Assembly: GCA_951406725.2 (NCBI GenBank)
Contig: OX597821.1
Coordinates: 14,136,001-14,200,000, forward strand
From: Octopus vulgaris
Lineage: Eukaryota
DNA length: 64,000 nucleotides
Reading direction: 5' to 3'
In this document: one piece after another, positions 1 to 14,396 of the stretch
Layout of the letters: each line of letters begins with the position of its first letter
Position numbering within the stretch: position 1 is the first letter of the stretch
Notes under the pieces: model-generated
Seen by the model: only the letters and a program-made list of their open reading frames with translations
Told to the model about the DNA's origin: nothing
The model's database searches: none
Translations under genes and position numbers: made by a program

Positions 1-179
1 TATGATTTCAGCTTCTGAGGAACCAACGAAACACATACTTAACTGCATATATTTTCTAGAGAAACCACATCCTCTGTCTGTCTGTCAATAGATGATTGTT
101 AGTATATATATACATATACATGCTTACATATATATATATATATATATTGTTAGAAGGTTGTTTGTTATGGCTGGTCAGA

Positions 180-237
180 GAGTGACTATTGGTTTCATAC
201 TTATAAATCACTTAGCTGTAGGTGCCTCATCAGACTC
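180..237 (-). ncRNA. Type I hammerhead ribozyme motif, partly decayed (Penelope-like element relic)
   Basis: Minus strand reads GAGT-CTGATGA-G-gcacctaca...tataagtat-GAAA-CCAATAG-TC-ACTC. Stem I GAGT/ACTC, full core and GUC triplet are present; stems II and III have mismatches. Lies between (TA)n tracts. Confidence 0.6.
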
Positions 238-458
238 ATATAATCTGAGGCACATAACCTCTCTACAACTGGAGCCTTCTAAGTATACTATTGCTTTAAT
301 GTTTTAGAGTTTGGTTTGTTTTCGGATCTATGAACTGCTGACCAATATATATATATAAATACGCATATACACACAAACACACATATATGTATGATTATCA
401 GTGTCTATCTATCTATATGCATATATACATACACCATTACTACACTCTCTCTTTCTCT

Positions 459-461
<3 letters not shown>

Positions 462-510
<49 letters not shown>
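462..510. repeat. (TA)n microsatellite
   Basis: Direct reading. Confidence 0.95.
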
Positions 511-515
<5 letters not shown>

Positions 516-633
516 CCGATAGAATAAGTACTGGGCTTACAAAGAATAAGTCCCGGGGTCGATTTGCTTGACTAAAAGTGGTGCTCCAGCATGGCCGCAG
601 TCAAATGACTGAAACAAGTAAAAGAGTAAAAGA
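511..633 (+). mobile_element. SINE family A, 3' fragment
   Basis: Matches the 3' part (gagaccgatagaataagtact...gactgaaacaagtaaaagagtaaaag) of the copies at 23805 and 55245. Confidence 0.9.
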
Positions 634-3600
634 ATATATATATGGGATATTTTAAAATCTTCCATTCAGGAGGAAAGGCAGTGCTTATCACCCTTTATGG
701 GGCTTCTGCAACTGGTGGAAAGGAGAAAAAGAAGTCATTCTCAAATAAGAAACCCAGCCCAAATGCTTGCAGAAAGTGAACACCACTAAATGCAAAAAGG
801 TGCCAGCTGATGGTCAACAGATTAACACTATATCTCACTATTGAAGCATATGTTATATTAGCACATACCTACTTCTATGTGTGCACCTTCATGTTTTAAA
901 TAATTTTTTTGCAAAGCTAAAATATATTAGCAAAACAGCTGCATAGAAATCATGAAAGGATGAATTCATAATTTAGAATAGAGAAAAATTCTGTGGTTGG
1001 AATCCTGCACCAAACATTATATAATAATGTAATTGGAGACAAAAATTTGAATCTAAGACTTTCGTATTGAGATAAAATTAGAAAAAAATTATATTCCTTA
1101 AGTCTTTTGCCTAGTAGCCTTATTATTAATAAACACAACAACAAAAAAATGAGAAAACTAGGTTAGGTTTTAGGAAATTAGAAAACATTAGTAAATTATA
1201 ATACTAGTTACATATTACAAATTTAGATTTTAGGTTAGGTTAACTATCTAATAATTGATAATAACTGAAATATCGTACCAGCTACAGCTATTAGTATTTA
1301 TAACAAAGAAAGCAGTAAACATTGTCAGGTGTGATGTTTCCATCCATTTTAATTGAAAATGAAAGAAAGAAAAAAATGTTTAACAAAGCCAAGAGAGAAA
1401 ACAAGAGAATTAGCCAAGGGAAGTTACTCTCTCATATTTATATTGCTTTTCTTTTACTTCACAGAGTTTCAGATATCAAGAGAAGATAACTGGACTCAAA
1501 TACGCATTATATATTGATGTTTAAAACAAATTTTGTTTTTTTTTGTTATGGAAGAATGTGAGAGTAGTTCTAGCAGTTATTTCATATATTCGTTACGTAG
1601 GAACATTTTATACAGCTTCACTTCATTGTTAATGACAGCTGTTTAGTGACATAAGAGAGAGAAAGAGAGAGAGAGATTTTATATTAGCCTATTTCTCCAT
1701 GTTTGCTTAAATCTAGCTTATAAACTTATATCTTTGCAATACGCAAAAATGTGTGTATATGCACTAGTTGATTATATATTCCAATTATTAAAATTATAAA
1801 AACAAAACATTAAAATAGGTCTAATTAGTTTTGTTGATTTAACATCTTACTCTTACCCCTACTCACACATGCACACACATATTTTCACACTCACACACAA
1901 TAGATAATGTACGAGACTATATATATATATGTACAGTATTTCCTATAACTTATTTGTCATTGATTTTTTACTACTTGAGTATTCAACCTGTCAATTACTA
2001 CATGTAATTTTATGAAATATAGACTATTATATATGATTATGGAAATATTATGATTTGTGTGATAATTGGAACAAATAATATTCTTATTGTGAGAGAAGAA
2101 AAACAACTCAAAATTTAGTTTGCTTTTTGTCTTTTTTAGATAGATTTTTCTATAAAACAGAGTAAAATGACTTTTGAAACATTGCAAGAAGTGTGTTGTT
2201 TTAGGAATATGATAAAGCTGTAAGTAATGTTTAGGAAATCCTTACTATGCAATATTCCAATAAGAGCTAATAAAAAAGCTTAAATATTAAATCACATCAT
2301 GCTATTTGAATTTTATAGCAACTTATAGTTAAGGGTAGTTATTTTAAAGTGTTTGAACCATTTTGTAGAGATTTACTTTTAAACAATATTATCTTCTACA
2401 GGAGCTCATTTACAATAGTTTTTTTTTCTCTAAATTTTAAGGAATTGAAGGTAACAGTTTTAGCAATTATAGAAATAGCTTGGGTCTCTAAAATGTAGTT
2501 TTAAAATGCATATGTGTTGCATTTAAGGAATAAAATCAACAGAAAACATTTTGAAACTTCCAAAATTTGGATCAATAAAAATTTGAGGCATTCAATAGGG
2601 AATGTTTTGACGACTTTCAGAAAAGTCAAGATAAATTAAAAGATTTCTATACAAACAAATGTTTATATACTCTGCATTTTCTAAAAAAAAATTTAATCTA
2701 AAAAGAAGACAACAAAAAAATTTTATTGTAATTTTCTAATGAAAGTTACCCTACAGAACCATAACAACTAATCATAAATGGATGTTATCATTCCAGTAGT
2801 TTGTTGAGAGTAAGTGATGTATGCAGGAAAAGAATTATTGTAGAAAATTTCATAAAATCATAAGGAATAAATGAAATATAATTTTTAAAAATATCATGCT
2901 CTAAAAGTAATCTCAATAATGGAAATATAAAAATAAAATTGTGAAATAGAAAGTAGAAATGTTCTTTTAGAGAAATGATTGAAATGATTTTTAGCCTTGC
3001 TTAATTTTGTTTGACAAAAGTGCATAATGAAATTTCCATTGAGCTATTATAGAAGAAATACAACTTATATATTGGAATTTAAATAATAGAACAACAATAG
3101 TTAACATTGCAATTTTTGATTCTTTTCTTCGTGTTTCTCTTCCACATAATTATTAGCAGAAATTATATTTTTCTTTGTTGAGACATTAAAAGTCTCCCTC
3201 TTTAAAAAGTAATTTTAACCCAAATTTCTTGGAAATCATGTCTTTTTTCCCTCAATAAATATGTAATCCTACTTACATAAATGAGTGATGTTGATTGTAG
3301 AAATAACATCAAAACATCTTAATATCACATAATCTATTAAAAGAAAAAACAAACAAACAAACAAAAAACAAGGGAATTACAATGATGAAAGAAAAAAGGA
3401 TCCTTCTGATCAAATATTTAGTATTTTCTTCTGAACAATAGTCTTTAAGGGCTTTTCTCCATATTTTTAAAATATTTTTAACCGGTGTATATTTTGATAT
3501 ATTTTCCTAACAAGTAGAAAAATTAATATATTCAGATGAAAAAAAAATCATTTTAAGAATAAAAGAGCTTGAATGATCAAACAATTGTTGGACATTTTTA

Positions 3601-4574
3601 AAAAAATGTAAGAATAGAACACAATACTATAATATAAAACTGAAATTATCAACAGATTGTTATAAACAAGTGAAATGGTTAGAAATCATCTTTTAAAGAT
3701 GGTCTCATCTGATATCTGCGTGAACCACCATTCATTTAAGATGGCCAACATATAATAACCAGTCCTGTGGTACAGACAGAGGATGTGGTAGAGGCTGATG
3801 AAAGGCTGAGAGTATGTTTAAAACAACAAAAAAAAAGGTAAGATCAACTTGCTTTTACAGTTGATCAGTCACAGAACCATCACAGAAGTGACCACTCAGA
3901 CAACCAACTCACAGTTTCTAAATGAAATATTTTTATAACATGACTAGCTACATGCCAAATTTAGAAATGAATAACTTATCATATAGACTCAAACAATTCA
4001 GGTTGTAGTTTGACGTAAAATTTCTAGTATACACGTAAAAATAGATGGTTATTGTAATTGGATAATGTCTATCTGGTCATGGAAATGAAATCTGATTATT
4101 TATCCACACCATGTTTTAAAAACTTTATCCTGTTTGCAAAGGTTACCCATCGTATGTTAATAATTTAGACATAAGCATAATATTTGAACAACCTGTAAAA
4201 AGATGCCAATCTTCTACAAATTTCTTAATTGAAATTAAGTTGAGAAGATACAAAAATTATCATAGATAATTTCAGGATTATGAGAGATTTCCTGGCAGAA
4301 AAAACAGCTGTAGCAAATTTTTAAACTTTGGAAGAAAGATAACACTTTACATTGTCTCACCCATTTAAATTTTTACTGCAAATTCAATTTTGGATAAACT
4401 ATTTAGAAGTAAAATATAAAAATGAATTGTCAATAGAAACTTTGAATTAGCTAAGTTTTGAAGCAAGTAATTTCTGTATTTTTAAAGCTACTGTTTATTT
4501 TAAAGCTGTATTTATCAAATATACTTAGAGCAAACACATAAAATTTGTATGCAAGCAACATATATTATGCTTCA

Positions 4575-4586
4575 TATATATATATC

Positions 4587-4618
<32 letters not shown>

Positions 4619-4649
4619 TATATATAAATACATACATATATACATATAT

Positions 4650-4707
<58 letters not shown>

Positions 4708-4906
4708 CTATATATATAAATTTATATAAATGTATTATATACATATACATGTATAAGGTATATAGTTATATATATGTATATATATATAAAATATATATAG
4801 TTATATATATATGCATGTGTGTATATATATATATAATATATGTATATATATATTATATATAAAATATATGTATATATATATATATATGTATATATATGTA
4901 TGTATG

Positions 4907-4938
<32 letters not shown>

Positions 4939-4965
4939 TGTATGTATGTATGTATGTATGTATGT
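4575..4965. repeat. Compound (TA)n/(CA)n/(TATG)n microsatellite
   Basis: Direct reading. Confidence 0.9.
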
Positions 4966-6248
4966 GGGTATATCTTTGTATAGAGATATGTATGGTTTAA
5001 GCTATTGAATATTTTTATAGCTGAAGATGTTTTTGTTACTGTAAGTTATTTTAACATGTATATTTTTTTTTACTCAATTCTTTGCCTATAGCTAAATATT
5101 TTAAGATTGTGGTATAAATAAAATAATAAATGGAATGTAATCCAAGATTAAGACAATTCCCAACACGTCTTTTAATTTACAGATCATTTAAAAAATCATA
5201 AAGATCAATATCACATTGTTTATTTTTCTATTTCTATCTTACAGTATATTTTACATTGATGCATAAAGTAAATATCTTGTTATGCACCTAAGACAGATGG
5301 TGATTATGGAATTTTAAAAAAAGAAAAATTCCATGTAAATAGATATTCTTTTCATCCTAGAAATACGGAAATTTGTAAGAAATATAACTGATTGGATAGT
5401 GAATTCATAACTACTTAGCTGCGAAAAGTACCATGATTGTTAGTAATAAGCTTGTTAAAAGTGCAGTGGTATACATCTGCAAGCAGTCATAATATATCTT
5501 TTCTATTTGTTTGTTTTGTTTTTTTTGTGGCATAGAATTTAGTTTGCATATACAACAGGAGATGCTTAAAATAGTGAAGCATAAAACTATGATTATTTTG
5601 TACCATGAGAAGCATATACAAAGATTTTGGAGTATGTAGTAGCAAAGGTGCTGATGAGCTGACCTGAAGATTAATCAAGAGAATGTCTGTCAACAGAACT
5701 ACTAACCTACAATGTTTGTTTGAGTCTCAAGATGATGGTTTTTGTTTATTTATTATTATATTTTTTTGTAGTAAATTAACGATAAAAGGCAATATTGATT
5801 TAAGAAGAAATATTTTTAATGTCATCCATTATTAAGAAGCTATTCTTTTTAATTTTTGGCATGTGACTTCATATTTGTTTTGTGACTAGGTTGATAATTT
5901 TCATCACTTCATGAACAACTAGCGCCATCTATTAGACATGAAAAAAAAAATAATAATCAAAATAAATTTGCAACAGTTAATTTATCAATTACCCTTTAAA
6001 GAGAGGCAATTAATATTTACAATGAGCCTTAAATAACAGAACTATTTAAATAGAATATACAAATAACCAACAGTGAAAAATGTACCTTTTTTTTTAACTG
6101 TACAGATTGCTGCTTGCTTCTGTAGTAGGAATTGTCATAGCCTTTGAAAATTCATCTTGCATTTCTTTTTCGCTTTTCATACATGTTTATTATGACAAAT
6201 ATGGAGTAGTTTTTCTCTCAGCACCCTGTCCTTCATATTTAATTTTGA

Positions 6249-6305
<57 letters not shown>

Positions 6306-6775
6306 TAAATTTGGATAAAAATGAGTTAAAATAATTATAATTTGGCAAATTCAGTGCTCCTAACAGCTACTGTCAGCACCGTCATCAACCCAACAATAAG
6401 TTCGTCAAAAGTCAATAGCTACTCATTGTAAAAAAAAAAAAAAAGTCTCCAAGCAGATATATTCCGATATATATATGATGCCAGAGAGAATTTCAACTAT
6501 AGCATGTCGTATTATTTTTATTTTTTTGCGGTTTGTTTTGTTTATTTATTTTTTTTGGAAAATTTTAATTTATATATTTTTTATTGTTGATTTTATTTTT
6601 TTTAGCAAGAAGAGAGCATAACTAGCCTAAATAATTGTATTACAGTCATTATAACATTCATTCGTTCGTCTTACTTAATTAGATAAAAAAAAATGTTGCA
6701 AATCACAGTTATAATTAGAGGACAGATCAAACCCAAAGCAGATTAAACTCTGATGTTTAGCTATTGGTCTATCTT

Positions 6776-6826
<51 letters not shown>

Positions 6827-7504
6827 TCTTTTAATGTTAGATTATCTCAATGAGTTCAGTCATCAACAGTGCTATAGAGATTGGAAATACATAAACCTTT
6901 AAACAAGTTTACAACTAACTCAGTTAACTAGTTTATCATCAGCCAGTGAATTGACATTCAGACAAGTCAAATGATCCTGTCTTTCTTTATAGAATAGTGT
7001 GAAAAATATTTCACAATAACTTTGATACACACAGAAAAGAATTTCTTAATACTAAACACCTAATGTTATGCTTTTGAATATTTAAACATCAACCAGGATT
7101 GAAATTTTTTTTAATATTGTTATTAATTATGCATTAAAAAACAAACAAACAAACAAACAAGAAACGAATAGTGTAGTTTATAGATCCTTATTGTAAAAAA
7201 ATTTAACCAGACAGAAAGAAAAAAAGAAAGAAGGAAACGAAAAAATAATTTGATGAAGGCAAAATTAGATTTCCATTATTTGGAACATTACAACTGGTTT
7301 CAGTTTCGTTCAGAAATAAAGGAATTTGTCTGTGCTAATTGGCAACCTGGGCAGCATCGATGAAAAAAGTTTATGGAATACAAGCAGAGCTGCTACAATG
7401 ATGAAGATGATAATAATGATAGAAGTAGTAGCAATAATAATAATAATGATAATGGTAATAATAATAATAATAGTAATAATAATAATAATAATAATGATAA
7501 AGGT

Positions 7505-7723
7505 CTCTGAATTTAGGCACAAGGCCAGCAATTTTGAGGGAAAGGGGGGAATAGTTGATACCATCAACCCCAGTATTTGACTGGTACTTTATTTTATCAA
7601 CCTCGGAGGGATGAATGGCAAAGTTAACCATGGCAGGATTTGAACTCAGAATATAGTGTCAGAACAAATATTGCAAGGCATTTTGTTTTCCAACACTCTA
7701 ATGATTCTGCCAGCACACCACCT
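7505..7723 (-). mobile_element. SINE family B (tRNA-derived), diverged, within (AAT)n
   Basis: Reverse complement has gagttcaaatcc B-box and the family core ccattcatccctccgaggttgataaaataaagtaccag. Confidence 0.8.
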
Positions 7724-7731
7724 TAATAATG

Positions 7732-7785
<54 letters not shown>

Positions 7786-7948
7786 GTAATAATATTAATA
7801 ATAATAGTATTAATAAAAGATATTGAGTAAAATCTTGTTAGAAATAGCAGTTGAATGATGTCTATTCTATGTGTCAAGTTATGACATGGAATAACAGCAA
7901 TTTTCAACTGGCACTAATTGGATAACAAAGCAGTAATAGTAGCAGCAA

Positions 7949-7985
<37 letters not shown>

Positions 7986-7995
7986 TGTAGTAGTA

Positions 7996-8031
<36 letters not shown>

Positions 8032-8032
8032 A

Positions 8033-8079
<47 letters not shown>

Positions 8080-8080
8080 A
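7724..8080. repeat. (AAT)n and (TAG)n microsatellites
   Basis: Direct reading; source of the poly-I and poly-V ORFs. Confidence 0.9.
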
Positions 8081-8937
8081 TGACAGAAAGTTTTAATAAA
8101 GAAATGATATATAATTATAGTCGGACAATGGTGATTGCAATATTATAAAACAATAGTACTTATATTTAATGATGATAATATATAATATTAGCACTGTTAA
8201 TAAAATTAGCTGTTAATATGTATAAACCAGAATAATAATAGAGTCAATATTACTGATAACAATAATTCCAATGAAGGTTATGGAGAGTAATGCAAACCAG
8301 ATTGAATCTTAAGTTGGATATTGGAATTTAGCGTTTATTGAATCAGATATTTGACACAGCATTCACTAGACTAAATGTTTTTTCTTTTATTTAAAAAGCA
8401 AATGCCAGCTGCTAGCAAAGCACAGCTTCACATTATAAGGTATTTTCATACAAGTAGGCAAAAAAGCCGTTTGTCTTGTAAACTGAAAAGTTTTGGTTTT
8501 ATTTCTTGAAAATATGTGAGAAAGAGTTACGGTTTATATATTCCAAATGCTAAACTGATTTCTAACTATTTGTTAGATAGAATTTTTTATATATGGTTTT
8601 TATATTTGCTTAATATCCATAGAAATGTTTTGGGTGATTTAAAGAATTCAACTAACAGCCATACATAAGCATGCTAATCTCTGGGTTAAGTTGATTCAGA
8701 ACAGTGATTAAACTAGGGATCAATTTAACTGAATTATAACATCACACAATTTTAATATTCTACTAATACTATTTCTATAATAATCCTCACAAAAGTCACA
8801 AAAAATACTAGTTTAGCAAATATTTAACAAAGAATTTAGTGAGTTACTTCAAAGAAAACAACCATATATAGAATGACAAGATAGAAAGAATTATATTCTT
8901 CAGTATTGATTCAGAAAGAGAAGAGGAAGAGGAGTTT

Positions 8938-8986
<49 letters not shown>

Positions 8987-10318
8987 TTATAGTGATGAAG
9001 CTATATTGGCCATTTCATTTCATTCTATATCATCTCTTAACTATTTAATGCGAATCATAATTTTAACTAATTTCATTTTTCATATAATACCTATACTTAT
9101 CTACAAAAAAAAAATTTTTTTAATCTATTTCACTTAACTAAATTGCTTAAATCATATATCTAATCAATACATAAAATATATAATTTAATCTTGTCATTCC
9201 AAAGGTGTTTTCAGATTGTGACATCTATCTAATTTGTATTCTGAGTTTTTGCTTGTATAGTTATGTGATTGCTTTAAAAAATAGTCAAAAACTACTATGT
9301 AAAGCTTGTTTTTGTAAATCAAGATACATTTATTGACTTTTGTTTTTCCCTTTGCAATACCACGAGCAAGCAGAAATAGCAGTAATGCTCCATACATGCA
9401 TGTGGATGTATTATTGCATATCTAAATTACTCCATTCATACTAGTCTAGGATATATATATATATAGATATATACAAGTATATTCAGTCTCTTTACTAAAT
9501 TTTTAGTTAGGTGTATTTATTTCTAATGAAACATGATGCAGCCCTTAGAATTTTCTAAATATTGAAAGAAAACATATTGAAAGAATATTTGTAATATGTA
9601 TTTTAGATTGTTTGTTCAAATGCAATGAATTTACACATAATATTTATGTGAAATATATAAGCATAGTGTTATTCATTTTGAATATATTTAAGACAAGGTT
9701 TTCTGAACACTAAATCCAATAAATATTCATGCTGTGAGAAATTGGTTTCAAGACTGTTTGAATCAGAGTAATCCATGGCCACAATGGACACTATTCTTTC
9801 ATAGTACCTGAAAATACCAAACTCAAGCAAATTCATATTTGTTGAATTAAAATTCACATTAATTCTTTTAAGCTAGTTGCTTTTTTTAGATGAAAGGAAG
9901 ACAATGTGAAGAACAATTCAACTAGATTTTAAGTGTCATAAATTGAGATAGAAATTACCAAATTATTGTCACATGTCAAACATAATGGTTTTATTATAAC
10001 AGTAATAATAGAAAAAATAAAAGGAACAGCTGCCAGATATCAAAACCCCCAAATTTCTCTGTGATACTTTGTACTAAATATTCTCTCCTTCTCATCTGCA
10101 TATTTCATTGTAATGTATGCGAGAAGGAAAGACCGAAGTCTATATCTTAATTATTGATTAGTCCATTAAATGAAAAATTTTCATCTTTCTATAAATTTCA
10201 TCTAATAAACCAAAGATAGACTTTTTCTATTCACATGAAAAAGAAAACAAGTTTTTATATAAACTAAATTTCCTTACATTTGTATAAATCAAGTTGCTTA
10301 TTAAAAATTATAAAGAAT

Positions 10319-10478
10319 ATGATGTCAATGATGATGATGATGATATTGATGATAGTGGTGTTTGGGTTGTAATAATAATGGTGATAATAATAATAATAAT
10401 AGTAATAATAATAATGATAATTATAATAATAATAATAATAATGATAATAATAATAATAACAACAACAACAATAACAAT
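10319..10478. repeat. (GAT)/(AAT)/(AAC)n trinucleotide tract
   Basis: Direct reading. Confidence 0.9.
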
Positions 10479-12088
10479 ATTTATAATTATCATAAACTTG
10501 ATGAAACCTTCTTGCATTGCAAGCAACCAAGCAATCTTTTAACTGAACATTCAGCAGATAACTACTGACTTTGCTTACCTCTGTTTGCCGTCTATTAAGC
10601 AACATGCTTAGTTTTGGCTCTAACTACGAGCTATTTAGGCCAAGAAATTTTTGATATTGGCCCTTTGAAAATCAGTTTAGTCCTTCATTTAGAATTCCAC
10701 AAGTTCAAGCACCTGTTTTACTTAATTTTGGTAGTGTAAATTGTTCTGTTTCGTCGATAGTTTCTTTGTACGCAGGTAGTAACATCGATCAGGAGCAGTA
10801 AATATTATTATTTTGCAATGTTTTTTTTTTCACATTTTTTTCTTATGCATGTAAAAATAAAATTAAACAATCTGTTCATTAAGTGACACTTAATCTAATA
10901 ATAATTTTTGTATAAAGTTATTGTAAAAAAAGAAATATCAGAAATGATGGTAATTTTACTTGTAAATAAGTGAGTATCGACAACCTTTGGCTTTTTGATG
11001 TTAAATATTTTGTTGCTTCATGTTGTTTGTTCTAGTTTTGTTTTTTTAAAAATATCATATATCTATATATATATTTTAAGACATCAAATTAGGTGTCCCC
11101 CAAAGCTAGTTATATCTATTTTCTACAGTTGTAGAACATTTAGTTTTAATTCTCTCTCTAAGCCAGCAAGCCAGGTAATGTTTGCAAACAAACCTATGTA
11201 GAGTATCTTTTATTGTCAATAAATAAAAAAAAACTCAATTAATTTAAAGAAAAACTAACATTAATAAGCATAAAAGAGAGACACTTGTCATTGCTTTAGT
11301 TATCTTATTGAAACGATAATTTTTAAGTTCAAATTTTCTGAAATTTTGAGCTGTCTACTGAAAGGGACAAGAAAATAAACAACTTCTCCGCAGATTATTC
11401 ATCAACACGAGCACCTAATCTTTATAGGGCTTTTTTTTTTATCCAAAGCTTCTTTTTTAGAGCTAATGTTGTAGTAGGTCAATGAATTGAATTATTAACT
11501 GTTGTGAATGGGTGTTGCTTCATGAGGCTAGCAGAGGAAGGCACAGAAAAATATACCAACAGGTTCTAGCAAGGAATACAACAAAAATATTGAAATAATT
11601 TTGTTCCAACATTGCATACTAATTTGACTTAAACCTTTAAGACTTAATTACAAGTTTCTGTTAACAAACAATTTGTGTTGTTTTTAAAAGGTTTACTAAA
11701 TATAATTTTATATTTCTAGTTTGAATCTTTTATCCAACTTAAGACCTTTTAAATATATATACGGAAAAATGAAAAATTAAACACAGCCTCCTTTGTTATT
11801 AGCTAAAACCATATCATAATTTAGATATATTGATGGATCTAGAAATAATTATAACATATTATTAAATAGTGTTTTAAACAATAATGCAATATAGAAGTAG
11901 TATATTCTACTTTCAAGAAAAAAGTTTCTACCTTCATATAGTTCCAAAGATAATTTTTTTAATACTTTAAACAACTGGGAAATACAGATAGAACAAATTT
12001 ATTCTTGGTTCAGCAAAAACTCACACACAAACACACAGATGATTTTATGCATTTAGTTATTTTGTATGCATGTATGTGTATATAGTTT

Positions 12089-12138
<50 letters not shown>

Positions 12139-12160
12139 TTATGACATACACACACACATG

Positions 12161-12206
<46 letters not shown>

Positions 12207-12873
12207 GAAGGACAAAATGATCATCGAAGATAAGAGGGACGATGGATAATTATCTGCTGCAACTTTTATCATACAAATAATATTTTTTCCCATATCATTC
12301 ACTTCACAGAAAAGTGCTTATATAATTAATTGATATTAATATATTAGCAAATAAGGCAAACAGCAACAGTGACACTGTTACAAATCAGAGGAATTCGTAT
12401 CATACTTACAAACCTTTACTATTATAGCTTTATTATGTCATAAATAAGGTGTTGGCTAACTGATTCTGACATGTGCAGACTTAAAGGTTTAGAGTTTGGA
12501 ACTGAAAGACACATAAACAAAACATCAAGCTTTTTCTTTTTTAATATCTATGATGAAGAATAATGAATAAAATTACCTATCTGAGGGGACTTGTATGATT
12601 ACTAGTCCCTATCATAAACGAGTTTTTCAGCCAATGGTTGGTGCACATTTCACACATTCAAGAGACACAAAAGATTACTCACATAAAGGCTAATTTATTT
12701 CTATAGTGTTGTGCATACGTGTATATGTGTATGAGTATATATATATGCATATATGTGTGTGTGTGTGTAAATATATGTATGTATTTATATATATGCACAT
12801 ACATGCATACACACATAAATATGCATTTTTATAGATGTATATCAATTATGCATGTGTATACAAACATATGTAT

Positions 12874-12908
<35 letters not shown>

Positions 12909-12961
12909 AACATGTGTGTATATGTATAATTTATACACACACATATATATACACACATACA

Positions 12962-13011
<50 letters not shown>

Positions 13012-13664
13012 TATATATATACACACACATATGTATTTATATATACACACACACATACACACTCAAACACACACCTCTATACACTACATATGTACATGTG
13101 AAAACAGATGTATAAGTATTTACCAAAACGAAATGTCATTATATATACTAAACAGCACTAAATAAGTGAAGATTTCCAAATAGCCAGATTTAGCATAAAA
13201 AAACACTGAAATACCTGAGATATGACACTAGTCTGGCACTGGTTTGAAATGAAAATAGACATAAAAACCTTGTTAATGTTGGTTTAAACAAACTTCATTT
13301 TACGTCAATCTCTTTACTTTTATTTGTAATATCAATCTATTTGCTTTTTGCTTAAACCCCCTTTATCTGTTCATAAATATTTTTTGTTTTTTTTTTTACC
13401 AAAATATAAAATTTTTCTGAATACAAAAAAGAAGGAAGCTTATATGACACAAGTAGAAAAAGTTTCCATATTAAAACCTTTTAAATATTTTCTTAAACAT
13501 TTTTTAATATTCCATTCTAGAAATGATCTTTTCCATTTTTTCCCCACTAAAAGACTTTGTTTCTTTTGCTTAGGAGAGAAATCAATCATTACCAGAATAT
13601 TTCTGAGAAAAAAATAATTTTCAAAATATATTAATATTATCTTTGCAATTATACTTTTAATTAA

Positions 13665-13667
<3 letters not shown>

Positions 13668-13723
<56 letters not shown>

Positions 13724-13842
13724 TAATATATATATTGATACATATGTATATATATATATGTATGTATATACATATATATATGTGTATATGTATATGTAAT
13801 ATATACATGTAATATGTATACATATATATATGTATATATATG

Positions 13843-13899
<57 letters not shown>

Positions 13900-14115
13900 A
13901 ACTTAGATAAACTTAGATATATTTCGACCAAAGATTGGTCCAGGCCATGTCTAACTTAATAGCACCACCTGATATACATATATCTAAGTGAACATATATA
14001 TATATATATGTATATATATGTATATTTATATATGTATATATATGTATATATACATATATCTATGTGTACATATATATATATGTATATATGTATGTATATA
14101 TATATATTTATATAT

Positions 14116-14148
<33 letters not shown>
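13668..14148. repeat. Degenerate (TA)n tracts with a short unique insert at 13899-13990
   Basis: Direct reading. Confidence 0.85.
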
Positions 14149-14149
<1 letters not shown>

Positions 14150-14349
14150 GATTCTATAATCAATGTAAAATGAAGCAAAATAAAATGATAAAGAATAATC
14201 TGGACATTGCTGGTATGTTGTAAAATTTAAGTAAAAGTTGCCTTTCACTGTTTTACCTTAGACCTCTAATAGTCGGAGTGTTCTTATCATGATTTTCAAA
14301 AAAAAAAAAAATTCTCCTTCCTGAAGGCATTTACAAAATCACTTCTTAC

Positions 14350-14396
14350 CCTGCCCGATGCTATTAAACCCAAGGTTGTCGATAAACTTTGTTGTA
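14350..14396 (-). other. Candidate 47-nt exon (possibly downstream/UTR exon of the minus-strand gene)
   Basis: Minus strand: pyrimidine-rich tract ttttttttaatctttatttatag, then 47 nt, then strong donor cagg|gtaag. Confidence 0.3.

Noticed and set aside
9-45. CTGAGGA-accaac-GAAAC hammerhead-like words
   Set aside because: No pairable stem II and poor stem III; could be chance
1159-1242. taggttagg telomere-like words
   Set aside because: Only two short dispersed occurrences, no array
4545-5008. YI/MYVC/HT-rich ORFs here and throughout (e.g. 13440, 39021, 45509, 52405, 56607-57349)
   Set aside because: Translations of (TA)n, (CA)n and (CATA)n microsatellites
13899-13965. Minus-strand GACC/GGTC-GAAA-TATA-TC resembling a hammerhead 3' half
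   Set aside because: CUGANGA and stem I are missing
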